Below are positions 8,753 to 16,336 of a stretch of DNA of 64,000 nucleotides, piece after piece. A program made the position numbers and the translations under genes. Origin of the DNA: a virus; IMG/VR virus record IMGVR_UViG_3300032607_000379, positions 5,383 to 69,382 of that record; one strand, 5' to 3'. The number at the start of each line of letters is the position of its first letter. The first letter of the stretch is position 1. The notes below the pieces were generated by a model. The model ran no database searches. It saw only the letters and a list, made by a program, of their open reading frames with translations, and had not been told where the DNA came from.

Positions 8753-8898
8753 GGGGATATGTCCTTTAATGGTTTTGTTGGCTTTGCAGCCCTGGTTTGT
8801 AGTTGCTGGCGTGCTGCAAGCACATGAGGTAGCAGAACAACAGCTACCTTGACTGTCTTGAGCAGCACAGGCGCTAGCTTGATCAGGAATGGGAGCAT
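8749..8898 (-). CDS. small hypothetical protein
   Basis: TAATG and ATGA couplings at both ends. Confidence 0.5.
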   Translation of the reverse strand: MLPFLIKLAPVLLKTVKVAVVLLPHVLAARQQLQTRAAKPTKPLKDISP

Positions 8899-9098
8899 TA
8901 GCTTTCCACCCGGCTGTGGCCAACTAGGCGGTATGCACTTACCCAGTCTGCTAAACATTCGTTGCACTTGGCGTTAATCCAAATGTGGGAGCTTTGGTGA
9001 TGCGTCTTAGTGTCCTCAGCTATGTCATAGCTGTTGCAGTGTGGGCATGTAGGGCCATGCTTGAGTGTGTAGCCGGTCCAGAGTCCTTCTGGTTTCAT
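8898..9098 (-). CDS. zinc-ribbon protein
   Basis: CPHC...CNEC; AAGGAG RBS. Confidence 0.7.
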   Translation of the reverse strand: MKPEGLWTGYTLKHGPTCPHCNSYDIAEDTKTHHQSSHIWINAKCNECLADWVSAYRLVGHSRVES

Positions 9099-9201
9099 AA
9101 AACTCCTTGGTGTATCGGGTGTGTATGGTCAAAAATTGAAAACCTAACAAGTTAGGTTATCGGTTTAGATGTTTTGAGAAGTCTGGCGATACTTCTTTGA
9201 C

Positions 9202-9714
9202 TTACCACCAGCTGTCGTAAAAAACAGCTTGGCCATCAGCAATGGCTTGTCTGGCTTTAGCAATGAAAGCGTGCAGGTCTTCAACGTCTTCTTGATTGAT
9301 AGCGCTATCACCAAAGAAAAAGCCTGAAGTTGCTTTCAAAGTTTTGTTTTGAGCAGCTTGTTCCAGGCTGTCTAAGTCTTCCAGTTCAATACGAACGTTG
9401 TTGCGGTTGAATTCTTCAGAAACTCCGCCTTTGTTGTCATACAGGTTGTTCATCCAACCGTGCAGAGCGTTGAACTTGCGCCAGTAATCAAACTCAGGGT
9501 TGACAATGCCCTGTTCTTTAGCAGATTGCATTGCTTTCTGTTCGCCGTTGTAATACGTCTCTTGCTCTGCGCGAGAAAGATCTTCGTATTCATCAGCTGA
9601 AAGCAAAGCAAACCCCACAGCTTTAGCTGCAAGATTGCCAAGGTTTACGTCAGTGGTTTCACCTTCAGGCACAAGTTTGGCTTGAAGGGTGCGTGCGTAC
9701 ATGTCGAGTCCCAT
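9202..9714 (-). CDS. conserved phage hypothetical protein
   Basis: MGLDMY...YWRKFNALHGW...FYDSWW pattern common in phage proteins; AAGGA RBS. Confidence 0.75.
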   Translation of the reverse strand: MGLDMYARTLQAKLVPEGETTDVNLGNLAAKAVGFALLSADEYEDLSRAEQETYYNGEQKAMQSAKEQGIVNPEFDYWRKFNALHGWMNNLYDNKGGVSEEFNRNNVRIELEDLDSLEQAAQNKTLKATSGFFFGDSAINQEDVEDLHAFIAKARQAIADGQAVFYDSWW

Positions 9715-9737
9715 GGGGAAGTCCTTTGTGTATAAGT

Positions 9738-9774
9738 AAAAAAAAGTGGACACACCTTTTCAGGTATGTCCACT
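9738..9774 (-). terminator. rho-independent terminator after RNAP2
   Basis: AGTGGACACACC-tttca-GGTATGTCCACT plus 8 U on the minus strand. Confidence 0.7.
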
Positions 9775-9820
9775 AGTCCCGGATCACCCAGTGCCAGGAG
9801 GGCACATAGGTGTCAGGTTG

Positions 9821-11059
9821 TCAGCTCAAAGCGTAATTGCTTCCACGTATGTGGTCTGCCAGGTCATAGGTCATCTTGGGGAAGACGCCTGGCCTGCCAT
9901 GTACTTGGCTGAGCAAGTCATCAAGCACCATGGATTTAGCAATCTCGGCCATCAGTTCCCGGTACTGCCAGCGCACAGTATTGAGATTATTCGGATGAGC
10001 TTTGAACTCATCGTGAATAGTCACTAATGCAAATGGCTTGTAGGTCAGCAGGGTCGCAGCCATGCTTTTGAGCGAGTCCAGATGGGCATCACTCAAGTAC
10101 TTGACGTTGGTTTCGCCCAAGTACGGAAGGATGACAACACTTGTCAGAGTGCTGCGCTCGTACTGCTGCATGTAGTACGCTACTTTGCCTGTAGGACTTG
10201 GTTCCTGCTGGCTTTCTCCTTGGATACGCGCTTCTTTTTCCTTGCTGATAGCTCTGAAAGCCTGATCAACCATTTCTGCGTCGTAGTTACAACGGCGGTG
10301 CATTTCCCGCACCACGTAAGCATCCATGGAATGCACTACGTTAGCTGCGTTGGACAGACCATGACGTGCACCAAGGTTTTCATAGAACTCATAGGTGAAG
10401 GTGGCATGGTCGAGTTCATCGACTTCAATGCGTACTTCTCGTTTGTTCATGACCTTGACCTTGGCATCGAAGCCATCAGGCAGTTTCCACTGGTGGATTA
10501 AGCCCCATGGCTTCCAGCTGCCAAGCAAATCTTGGAGCAACTCCCATGCACCGGGTGCAACTTGGTTAGCAGCCTGATAGAAGGCATCCAGTTCAGGCGT
10601 GTCTTCCCCGAAGATCTGCTTGGGCATGGCTTTGGAGCCATAGAAGCTGGTCATCAATGACTGCTTGGCATCTGCTCTGCTGATGTTGACGCTGCTGCCC
10701 AGAATAGTGCCCATCACTTGCGTGGTGTAGGTGTAGGCATCTGAGCGCTCGTTGGGGTTGACTAAGCCTGTAGCTGTAGCGCCTTTGACGCAGCCTGTAA
10801 GCACTGACATCAACTGAATGCCAGAACAGCAAGCATCCAAGCCCACCATGTGGCCGCTTGGGATGCCTGCCTGTGCTTTGCGTATAGCTTGCATGGCTTT
10901 CATGTACAAGGGCTTAGTCTCAGCCTGGTCAGCCAGATCTTCCAGCTCATTGAGGTTGGCTTCTGCCCACTCAATACGCTTTTCAAATACAAGTTTGTCG
11001 TGACCAAATTGATTGGCCAAGTCGATTAGCAGGTACTGCCATCCGGTGAATGTTTTCAT
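9821..11059 (-). CDS. RNA polymerase II subunit 2 (N4 gp16-like, T7-type catalytic half)
   Basis: GLDACCSG motif A; RADAKQSLMTSFYGS motif B; ANVVHSMDA; TIHDEF motif C. Confidence 0.93.
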   Translation of the reverse strand: MKTFTGWQYLLIDLANQFGHDKLVFEKRIEWAEANLNELEDLADQAETKPLYMKAMQAIRKAQAGIPSGHMVGLDACCSGIQLMSVLTGCVKGATATGLVNPNERSDAYTYTTQVMGTILGSSVNISRADAKQSLMTSFYGSKAMPKQIFGEDTPELDAFYQAANQVAPGAWELLQDLLGSWKPWGLIHQWKLPDGFDAKVKVMNKREVRIEVDELDHATFTYEFYENLGARHGLSNAANVVHSMDAYVVREMHRRCNYDAEMVDQAFRAISKEKEARIQGESQQEPSPTGKVAYYMQQYERSTLTSVVILPYLGETNVKYLSDAHLDSLKSMAATLLTYKPFALVTIHDEFKAHPNNLNTVRWQYRELMAEIAKSMVLDDLLSQVHGRPGVFPKMTYDLADHIRGSNYALS

Positions 11060-11074
11060 GGTTGTTCCTTTGGT

Positions 11075-11986
11075 TTAAGTTGTTGGCACACCTTCAATGA
11101 TTTCAGCGTCAGCTAGTTCTAGCATTGCTTTCTTGAAGGCAGATCCTTGGGTATTGATGTGGTATCCGTGCGAGTAAATGCGCCCTCGCTTGTCTACTTT
11201 ATGCGTCAGGTAGAACCTGTTGCCTTGCGTAGCCATGAGGTGATAGAAGTGGTAGCTTTGCTTCTTAAAATGCGCCCAGCTTTCTTCTTTGTCCTGAGTA
11301 TCAAGATCAAAGGTAGGTTCTTCTTCCACAGTACTGAGAAAATCGGTGTCCAGCTGTAAGACAACCTTGTTCATGATGTTCAAGGTGTCCAGACAGATGT
11401 CTCCGTCATGGTGATTACCTGATCCGAGGATTAAGGAATCGTTGTGCGTTAGGTAGCCGCTGGAGTAATTGTGGGTTAACTCCAAAGGCTCGCACACCAT
11501 TGGCGGCAGGAACTGACTGTTGTCGATGAACTCTATCAGTGCATCTGGCAATGGAATGCGTGACTCCACCATCAAACTGGCCTGTGGGCCGTCTTTGCTG
11601 ATGTCAAACGCATCTGTATTGCACAATACAGCTAGTAGTTCTGCCACAGTAGTGATGGCTTCTGTTCTGTCACTGAGTTTTAACCTAGATGCCATTTGTG
11701 ATGACACTGAAGTAAACAGTTCAGGACGCTGTGCGTAAGACACGCCTACAAACATGTCTATTACCAAGGCTGGTATGTCCATGTTCTGTAGTTGTGCTGC
11801 ACGCTTCATCTTGGACTCGTAGTACGTTCCATTCATGTATGCAGTAATCAGGCGCACACCTTCGATGAGCTTGTCCTGCATGAAGCTGCTGGCTTCAATA
11901 GCATCTCTGATCTTTACGTCGATGTGCTTACGGTTGTAGCGTTCTTCGTTCATTTCCTGAACAACTATGTCGCGCATGGTTTCCAT
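11075..11986 (-). CDS. RNA polymerase II subunit 1 (N4 gp15-like)
   Basis: LPPMVCEP, HKVDKRGRIY...NTQG; AAGGAG RBS. Confidence 0.92.
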   Translation of the reverse strand: METMRDIVVQEMNEERYNRKHIDVKIRDAIEASSFMQDKLIEGVRLITAYMNGTYYESKMKRAAQLQNMDIPALVIDMFVGVSYAQRPELFTSVSSQMASRLKLSDRTEAITTVAELLAVLCNTDAFDISKDGPQASLMVESRIPLPDALIEFIDNSQFLPPMVCEPLELTHNYSSGYLTHNDSLILGSGNHHDGDICLDTLNIMNKVVLQLDTDFLSTVEEEPTFDLDTQDKEESWAHFKKQSYHFYHLMATQGNRFYLTHKVDKRGRIYSHGYHINTQGSAFKKAMLELADAEIIEGVPTT

Positions 11987-12065
11987 GTAATGCTCCTTTG
12001 GGTTTGAGTTTGTCGATGAAGGCAATCGCCCAAGCGCAGGGAATGCGCCTGAAAAAACTTATTGT

Positions 12066-12344
12066 TTATGCTGTCTCTTTTTCGGTACAGCTCAAAGCTG
12101 CACCTACCAGTTCAATGCGAGCATCACGCTGGGTACAGTCTTTGATACTTTGTTCGGTCCTCATGAAGTCGGCCCAACATGTGAAAGCGTGCATGTACAA
12201 GGTGTCAGTGCTGGCTTGAAGACGCAGTTTCTTCTCAGCTGCCTGTCCTGCTTTCCATACACGATGGTCATCTGAGAAGTCATAAGTCCAGTCATGACAC
12301 TGCAAAGCTTGGGCATACGCCTGGTAGTCTTTAAAGGAAGGCAT
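12066..12344 (-). CDS. early hypothetical protein
   Basis: HDWTYDFSDDHRVW; GGAG RBS; downstream of a hairpin promoter. Confidence 0.7.
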   Translation of the reverse strand: MPSFKDYQAYAQALQCHDWTYDFSDDHRVWKAGQAAEKKLRLQASTDTLYMHAFTCWADFMRTEQSIKDCTQRDARIELVGAALSCTEKETA

Positions 12345-12382
12345 GGAAATACTCCAGGTTGCTGGCAATAGCGCCAGCCCAA

Positions 12383-12395
12383 TGGCCGTAGGCCA
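12383..12395 (-). promoter_or_regulatory. vRNAP early hairpin promoter
   Basis: TGGCC-GTA-GGCCA on the + (template) strand. Confidence 0.8.
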
Positions 12396-12610
12396 CGTTG
12401 GAGTTCTTCTGTGGTTCTTCTGTGAACATAAAAAAAGCCCACCTCTTGTTGCGAAGGAGCAGGCCGGGAAAAGCAGGAGTCTGGAGCTACCTTACAGACA
12501 GGCTAAAGGTGACTGTCTCAACTGCGTTTCTGTCTGGCCTTAGGTAAGGCACATACTGTAAAAAAGCTAACTGCTCCCCATCCCAAAAGGGATGAGAAGC
12601 GGTGGAGCAT

Positions 12611-12889
12611 TTAGCTCAGATCGAAGCCTGCGGTATCAGATGCCTGAGCAGACTGAAACTCAATAACCAACTTCGACATGATCGCGGCAACCCGCGTCGG
12701 GTCTTCGTTCAGCCAGTCCAGCATCTGCTTTTCGCTGGGCTTCGACTCTTTCAGCGGGATAGCACCCAGCTTACGACGCTTGCCCCCATCCTTCGATGGA
12801 AGGTACAAATTCAAGAAGCCCTGCGCTTTCCACGAATCGTTGCTGGCGCTGTTGTTGTTCGACTGAACGGCATTGGATTTAAAAGACAT
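12611..12889 (-). CDS. drc: ssDNA-binding RNAPII cofactor (N4 gp2/Drc-like)
   Basis: GFLNLYLPSKDG..RKLGAIPL...LVIEF...FDL resembles Drc; early-region position. Confidence 0.75.
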   Translation of the reverse strand: MSFKSNAVQSNNNSASNDSWKAQGFLNLYLPSKDGGKRRKLGAIPLKESKPSEKQMLDWLNEDPTRVAAIMSKLVIEFQSAQASDTAGFDLS

Positions 12890-12946
12890 GAGATAGCTCC
12901 AGAAAAAGGATTAAAAAAGAAACGCATTGCGTCAAAGCGCAAGAAA

Positions 12947-12959
12947 TGGCCGTAGGCCA
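12947..12959 (-). promoter_or_regulatory. vRNAP early hairpin promoter
   Basis: TGGCC-GTA-GGCCA. Confidence 0.8.
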
Positions 12960-13071
12960 CAGCGGCGTCAACTTTAGAAGCAGAGCTTGAAAAAGGTGAC
13001 TATTCTAGTAAGAATTTAATAAGGAAAGACTAACCCTGAATAATTCAAAACTTGTCACGGGTTTGTCATAC

Positions 13072-13149
13072 TTAGCCCCTCCAAGCAAGCATGGCGCCAA
13101 TGCTGGCGAACAAGGTAATAGTTACCACTGTGCAAACAAAATCATTCAT
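13072..13149 (-). CDS. 25-aa hydrophobic peptide
   Basis: MNDFVCTVVTITLFASIGAMLAWRG; GGAG RBS. Confidence 0.45.
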   Translation of the reverse strand: MNDFVCTVVTITLFASIGAMLAWRG

Positions 13150-13216
13150 TTAAAGCTCCGCTATGCAATGAAAAAGGACTCATCAGAGTCCTTGTTGGTT
13201 TGAAAGCAGCAGACTG

Positions 13217-13330
13217 TTAACCGCGCCACTCGTCCAAGTAGGTGGACTCCAGCGCATCGTCAAGGGCAGCAAACAGATCGAGGTCGAGCAAGTCGGATTC
13301 GGCAGCAATAGGCAGGTCTTGATAAGACAT
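13217..13330 (-). CDS. small acidic early protein (37 aa)
   Basis: MSYQDLPIAAESDLLDLD...; GGAG RBS. Confidence 0.6.
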   Translation of the reverse strand: MSYQDLPIAAESDLLDLDLFAALDDALESTYLDEWRG

Positions 13331-13391
13331 AACTTCTCCAGAAGTATTGAAAACAATGGGCGATGCAGACAACCTGCACCACTCCAGCAAA

Positions 13392-13404
13392 TGGCCGTAG
13401 GCCA
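13392..13404 (-). promoter_or_regulatory. vRNAP early hairpin promoter
   Basis: TGGCC-GTA-GGCCA. Confidence 0.8.
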
Positions 13405-13447
13405 AAGAAACAAGTAACCGCAGTTAAGCAGCTACTAGTAGACAGAG

Positions 13448-13666
13448 TCAGTACCGACGGGCGTGCTTACGCTCTTGGTAGATGATGAACAGCACTTGGC
13501 TTACAGCGATAAGTGCAAAGACACTGGCTGCTACTAATGCAAGCTGTGCAATAGGGCCAGTTGTCATGAGCAGGTAGCAGAGCAGTTCAATGCTGGCTAC
13601 TGCCAGCAAGAACACTGCAAACGATGCTTCTGTATAGATGTAGAAGATGCGTGAAAGATTGGCCAT
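13448..13666 (-). CDS. early membrane protein (two predicted TM helices)
   Basis: Two hydrophobic stretches and a basic C-terminus; AAGGA RBS. Confidence 0.65.
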   Translation of the reverse strand: MANLSRIFYIYTEASFAVFLLAVASIELLCYLLMTTGPIAQLALVAASVFALIAVSQVLFIIYQERKHARRY

Positions 13667-13706
13667 GACTATTCCTTGATTGATGAGCAAGATTGCTCCA
13701 ATGAAT

Positions 13707-13717
13707 AGCCGTAGGCT
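13707..13717 (-). promoter_or_regulatory. vRNAP early hairpin promoter
   Basis: AGCC-GTA-GGCT (compensatory stem change). Confidence 0.75.
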
Positions 13718-13721
13718 TCTG

Positions 13722-13751
13722 AAAAAAACATACCAACCCGTTAGGGTTGGT
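13722..13751 (-). terminator. rho-independent terminator
   Basis: ACCAACCC-gtta-GGGTTGGT plus U tract on the minus strand. Confidence 0.7.
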
Positions 13752-13757
13752 TGTTAG

Positions 13758-13916
13758 TTAGAAGATCAAGTCTTCCGCTCGGTTGACTGCCCGTCCCTTG
13801 TAGTCTGTTGATACAACTACATCGAACTCGCCATCTTGTGCATTGCACATAGCTTCGTACTCAAGCCAGTCGGCTTCAGTAGGCTCATAAGCCAAGGCTT
13901 CTTTAGCAATACGCAT
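13758..13916 (-). CDS. small acidic early protein (52 aa)
   Basis: MRIAKEALAYEPTEADWLEY...; AGGAG RBS; read by hand. Confidence 0.7.
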   Translation of the reverse strand: MRIAKEALAYEPTEADWLEYEAMCNAQDGEFDVVVSTDYKGRAVNRAEDLIF

Positions 13917-13954
13917 GACTAACTCCTATTAACACGGCAATATTGCCAAGAGAT

Positions 13955-13965
13955 AGCCGTAGGCT
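13955..13965 (-). promoter_or_regulatory. vRNAP early hairpin promoter
   Basis: AGCC-GTA-GGCT. Confidence 0.75.
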
Positions 13966-14134
13966 GTATCGGCTGTGTATCGGAATGGGGAATGGGATGA
14001 GAATGATGAGGAATGGTGGGCTTAATCAATAGATTGATACCCATCTGTATCCTGTCTGTACAAAGTTGACGGACTTACTGTCCTTACTCTGTCTGTTGGA
14101 TAGACTATCTCTATCCCCTTGTGTTGTGTAGGAC

Positions 14135-14158
14135 TTAATAGCCACCCCGAAGGGTGGC
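14135..14158 (-). terminator. probable terminator after the first early gene
   Basis: GCCACCC-cgaa-GGGTGGC (UUCG tetraloop on the minus strand). Confidence 0.6.
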
Positions 14159-14164
14159 GTGGTA

Positions 14165-14359
14165 TTAAGGCTGTTGATTGAGCAGAGCTTGCATCTCGCG
14201 CTCTTGGAGCAGGAGCTTTTTCTGACGGTCATTGCGTGCTTCGTCTACGAACGTAGCAGCGGTTTCTTCTGACCACTTGCTGATATGGCCGAATGCCACA
14301 CAGAAGTTGGTGATACCTTCGAGCAAGGTAGTGATCATGATATTAAATGCACGGAACAT
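14165..14359 (-). CDS. first early gene, hypothetical protein
   Basis: AGGAG RBS; follows the outermost hairpin promoter. Confidence 0.7.
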   Translation of the reverse strand: MFRAFNIMITTLLEGITNFCVAFGHISKWSEETAATFVDEARNDRQKKLLLQEREMQALLNQQP

Positions 14360-14404
14360 AGCTAACTCCTATAGGATTAATGAACTGGGGTACGTACCCA
14401 CTGG

Positions 14405-14419
14405 ATGGCCGTAGGCCAT
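14405..14419 (-). promoter_or_regulatory. outermost vRNAP early hairpin promoter
   Basis: ATGGCC-GTA-GGCCAT. Confidence 0.8.
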
Positions 14420-14608
14420 GTGTAGGGGGGGGGTGTCCGTGTTTAAGGGCTCCGCCCTTATAAGTCCTGCATCCGTACCCATTTTGTAAATTCCCAGAAA
14501 ACCTGCGGTCCTAAAATTCTGCAGAATAATTCCACAGAACTTTTGGTATTCATTGGTTTTTAATAATGCCGTACCATATGCACCCGATACAGTAACTACT
14601 GGGGATAT

Positions 14609-15304
14609 ATGACGGTATTAACCATTGAGCAATTCAAACAAGCTTTACCGGACAAGGTGAAGAAGTCCGTGAACCAAGAGCTGATTGACTCGGTCAATAA
14701 CACTCTGGCTGACCCGGAGATGTTTGAGGCGTACCGGGATAACCTGCTGAGCTACACCCGTGTGATGGCCGATGGTCGGTTCAAGGTAAACAGTTATGTG
14801 GATGCTGTGCGCTATGTAAGCCACAAGCTCATGGGCTGCAGCAACATCGAGGCATACACCAAGGCATTCCCCGATAAGTACGCACGGTTCGTGGCTCAGG
14901 GTGTCCAAGCCAAGGACATCGCCAGCTACGTCACTGCGTACAACAAGAGCAAGCTGGTCAACCTGATCTTTGAGCAGACGCTGATTCCCAGCTATGTACT
15001 GAACCAGGATCTGTATCAGCGGGCGCTCAATGTGCAGGCGGAACTTATGGTTCATGCCAAGAGCGAGAAGGTCAGGTCTGATGCGGCCAACTCCCTGCTT
15101 ACTCAGCTCAAGATGCCTGAGACGCAGAAGGTAGAGCTGGAGATAGGTATTAAGGAAGACTCGTCCATTGCCCAGCTCAGGATGGCCACGATGGAGTTGG
15201 CAAGGCAGCAGCGCTTGTCCATGGAGTCTGGGTCTATGAATGCCCAGCAGGTTGCCCACTCCCGCATTCAAGTTGTGGATGTCAAAGCCAAGGAGATAGT
15301 GTGA
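14609..15304 (+). CDS. terS: terminase small subunit (N4 gp69-like)
   Basis: First late-strand gene upstream of TerL; SEKVRSDAANSLL motif typical of N4-like gp69. Confidence 0.75.
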   Translation: MTVLTIEQFKQALPDKVKKSVNQELIDSVNNTLADPEMFEAYRDNLLSYTRVMADGRFKVNSYVDAVRYVSHKLMGCSNIEAYTKAFPDKYARFVAQGVQAKDIASYVTAYNKSKLVNLIFEQTLIPSYVLNQDLYQRALNVQAELMVHAKSEKVRSDAANSLLTQLKMPETQKVELEIGIKEDSSIAQLRMATMELARQQRLSMESGSMNAQQVAHSRIQVVDVKAKEIV

Positions 15305-15462
15305 TCCGTATTCACCTTATAAATCTTCTTCTTTTAGCTTTGGCCATTGCCGGGTTTATCTGGGCCGAGGTAGCGTATGTTGTATGCGGGATAGTGGCGC
15401 TGTCAGGTTTATTTGTTCCGTTGATTGACTTTGGTCCTACTGACAAGCCTGATGAATATTAA
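15301..15462 (+). CDS. small membrane protein
   Basis: GTGA overlap, AAGGAG RBS, hydrophobic 53 aa. Confidence 0.55.
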   Translation: MIRIHLINLLLLALAIAGFIWAEVAYVVCGIVALSGLFVPLIDFGPTDKPDEY

Positions 15463-15529
15463 AAGTTAATATGTAATACTGCCAAGCCAATTACACTAGA
15501 CGCATTGCGTCCAGTTTAAAAGGATATGT

Positions 15530-16336
15530 ATGGCCATAACTCAGAGAAAATCAAATGCACTGGCGTTGCCTGATGATGTGGTGGCTATTCTTGCTGCACA
15601 AGATAAGCGAAAGAACTTTCCACCGGGGACTATGCAATCACTGATGACGCAGGAGATTGGTGGGCAGGAAAGTAAATACTTGAAGGACATTACGGCATAT
15701 CACTATGCACCTAATGCCGAAGGTAAAAGGATTGCTGGGCAGACGGGTAAGGTATCTACCGCCTTTGGTCCTTTTGGTTTGTTGGACTCCACGTCCAAAG
15801 ATCCCGGCTATGGGGTTACTCCACTGGGTGACAGGTCAAGCTTTGCAGAGCAAGCCAGGTTCTCCGCTGATTATCTGGATGGGCGGTCTAAGGCGGCTGG
15901 CAGTCTGAATGCAGGCTTGGCAGGTTATGGTCAGGGTAAACCCTATTCCGATCAGGTAGTAGCACGGCGGGATAACACCCGCTTCCCTAATGCAGAGAAA
16001 GCCCCTGTCCCAGTAGCACCTGTAGTCGCCGCTGCTGCGGCTACGCCGCAAGCGGCTCCAGTTGCCCCAGTAGTTGTTGCACAAGCTGACGCCCTGCCTG
16101 TTGCTGCTACTCCTGCTGTAGCCCAAGCTGACGCATGGCAGGAGTTCCTGGCTCGTTCCCGTGCGGCGGGCGCTCCTACCCCTGCTCCTGTTATGCCGCA
16201 GCAGTTTGCGTATCAGCCCATGCCTATTGCCGCCCCTGATTTCCTGAGCATGGTGAGCTACATGAACAAGGAACGTGCGCCAAGCCAAGGGTTCCAAGGC
16301 TTGCAGGGCTTCGGCGGCATGGGTGCTGCGGTTTGA
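15530..16336 (+). CDS. lytic-transglycosylase-like protein with Ala/Pro-rich tail
   Basis: SLMTQEIGG (candidate catalytic Glu), STAFGPFGL, ADYL, LAGYGQG resemble lysozyme/SLT motifs. Confidence 0.6.
   Translation: MAITQRKSNALALPDDVVAILAAQDKRKNFPPGTMQSLMTQEIGGQESKYLKDITAYHYAPNAEGKRIAGQTGKVSTAFGPFGLLDSTSKDPGYGVTPLGDRSSFAEQARFSADYLDGRSKAAGSLNAGLAGYGQGKPYSDQVVARRDNTRFPNAEKAPVPVAPVVAAAAATPQAAPVAPVVVAQADALPVAATPAVAQADAWQEFLARSRAAGAPTPAPVMPQQFAYQPMPIAAPDFLSMVSYMNKERAPSQGFQGLQGFGGMGAAV

Noticed and set aside
12383-14419. CRISPR-like array from the GCCGTAGGC repeats
   Set aside because: The repeats are 11-15 nt, irregularly spaced by 250-560 nt with genes in between, and match N4-type hairpin promoters; no cas operon is present.
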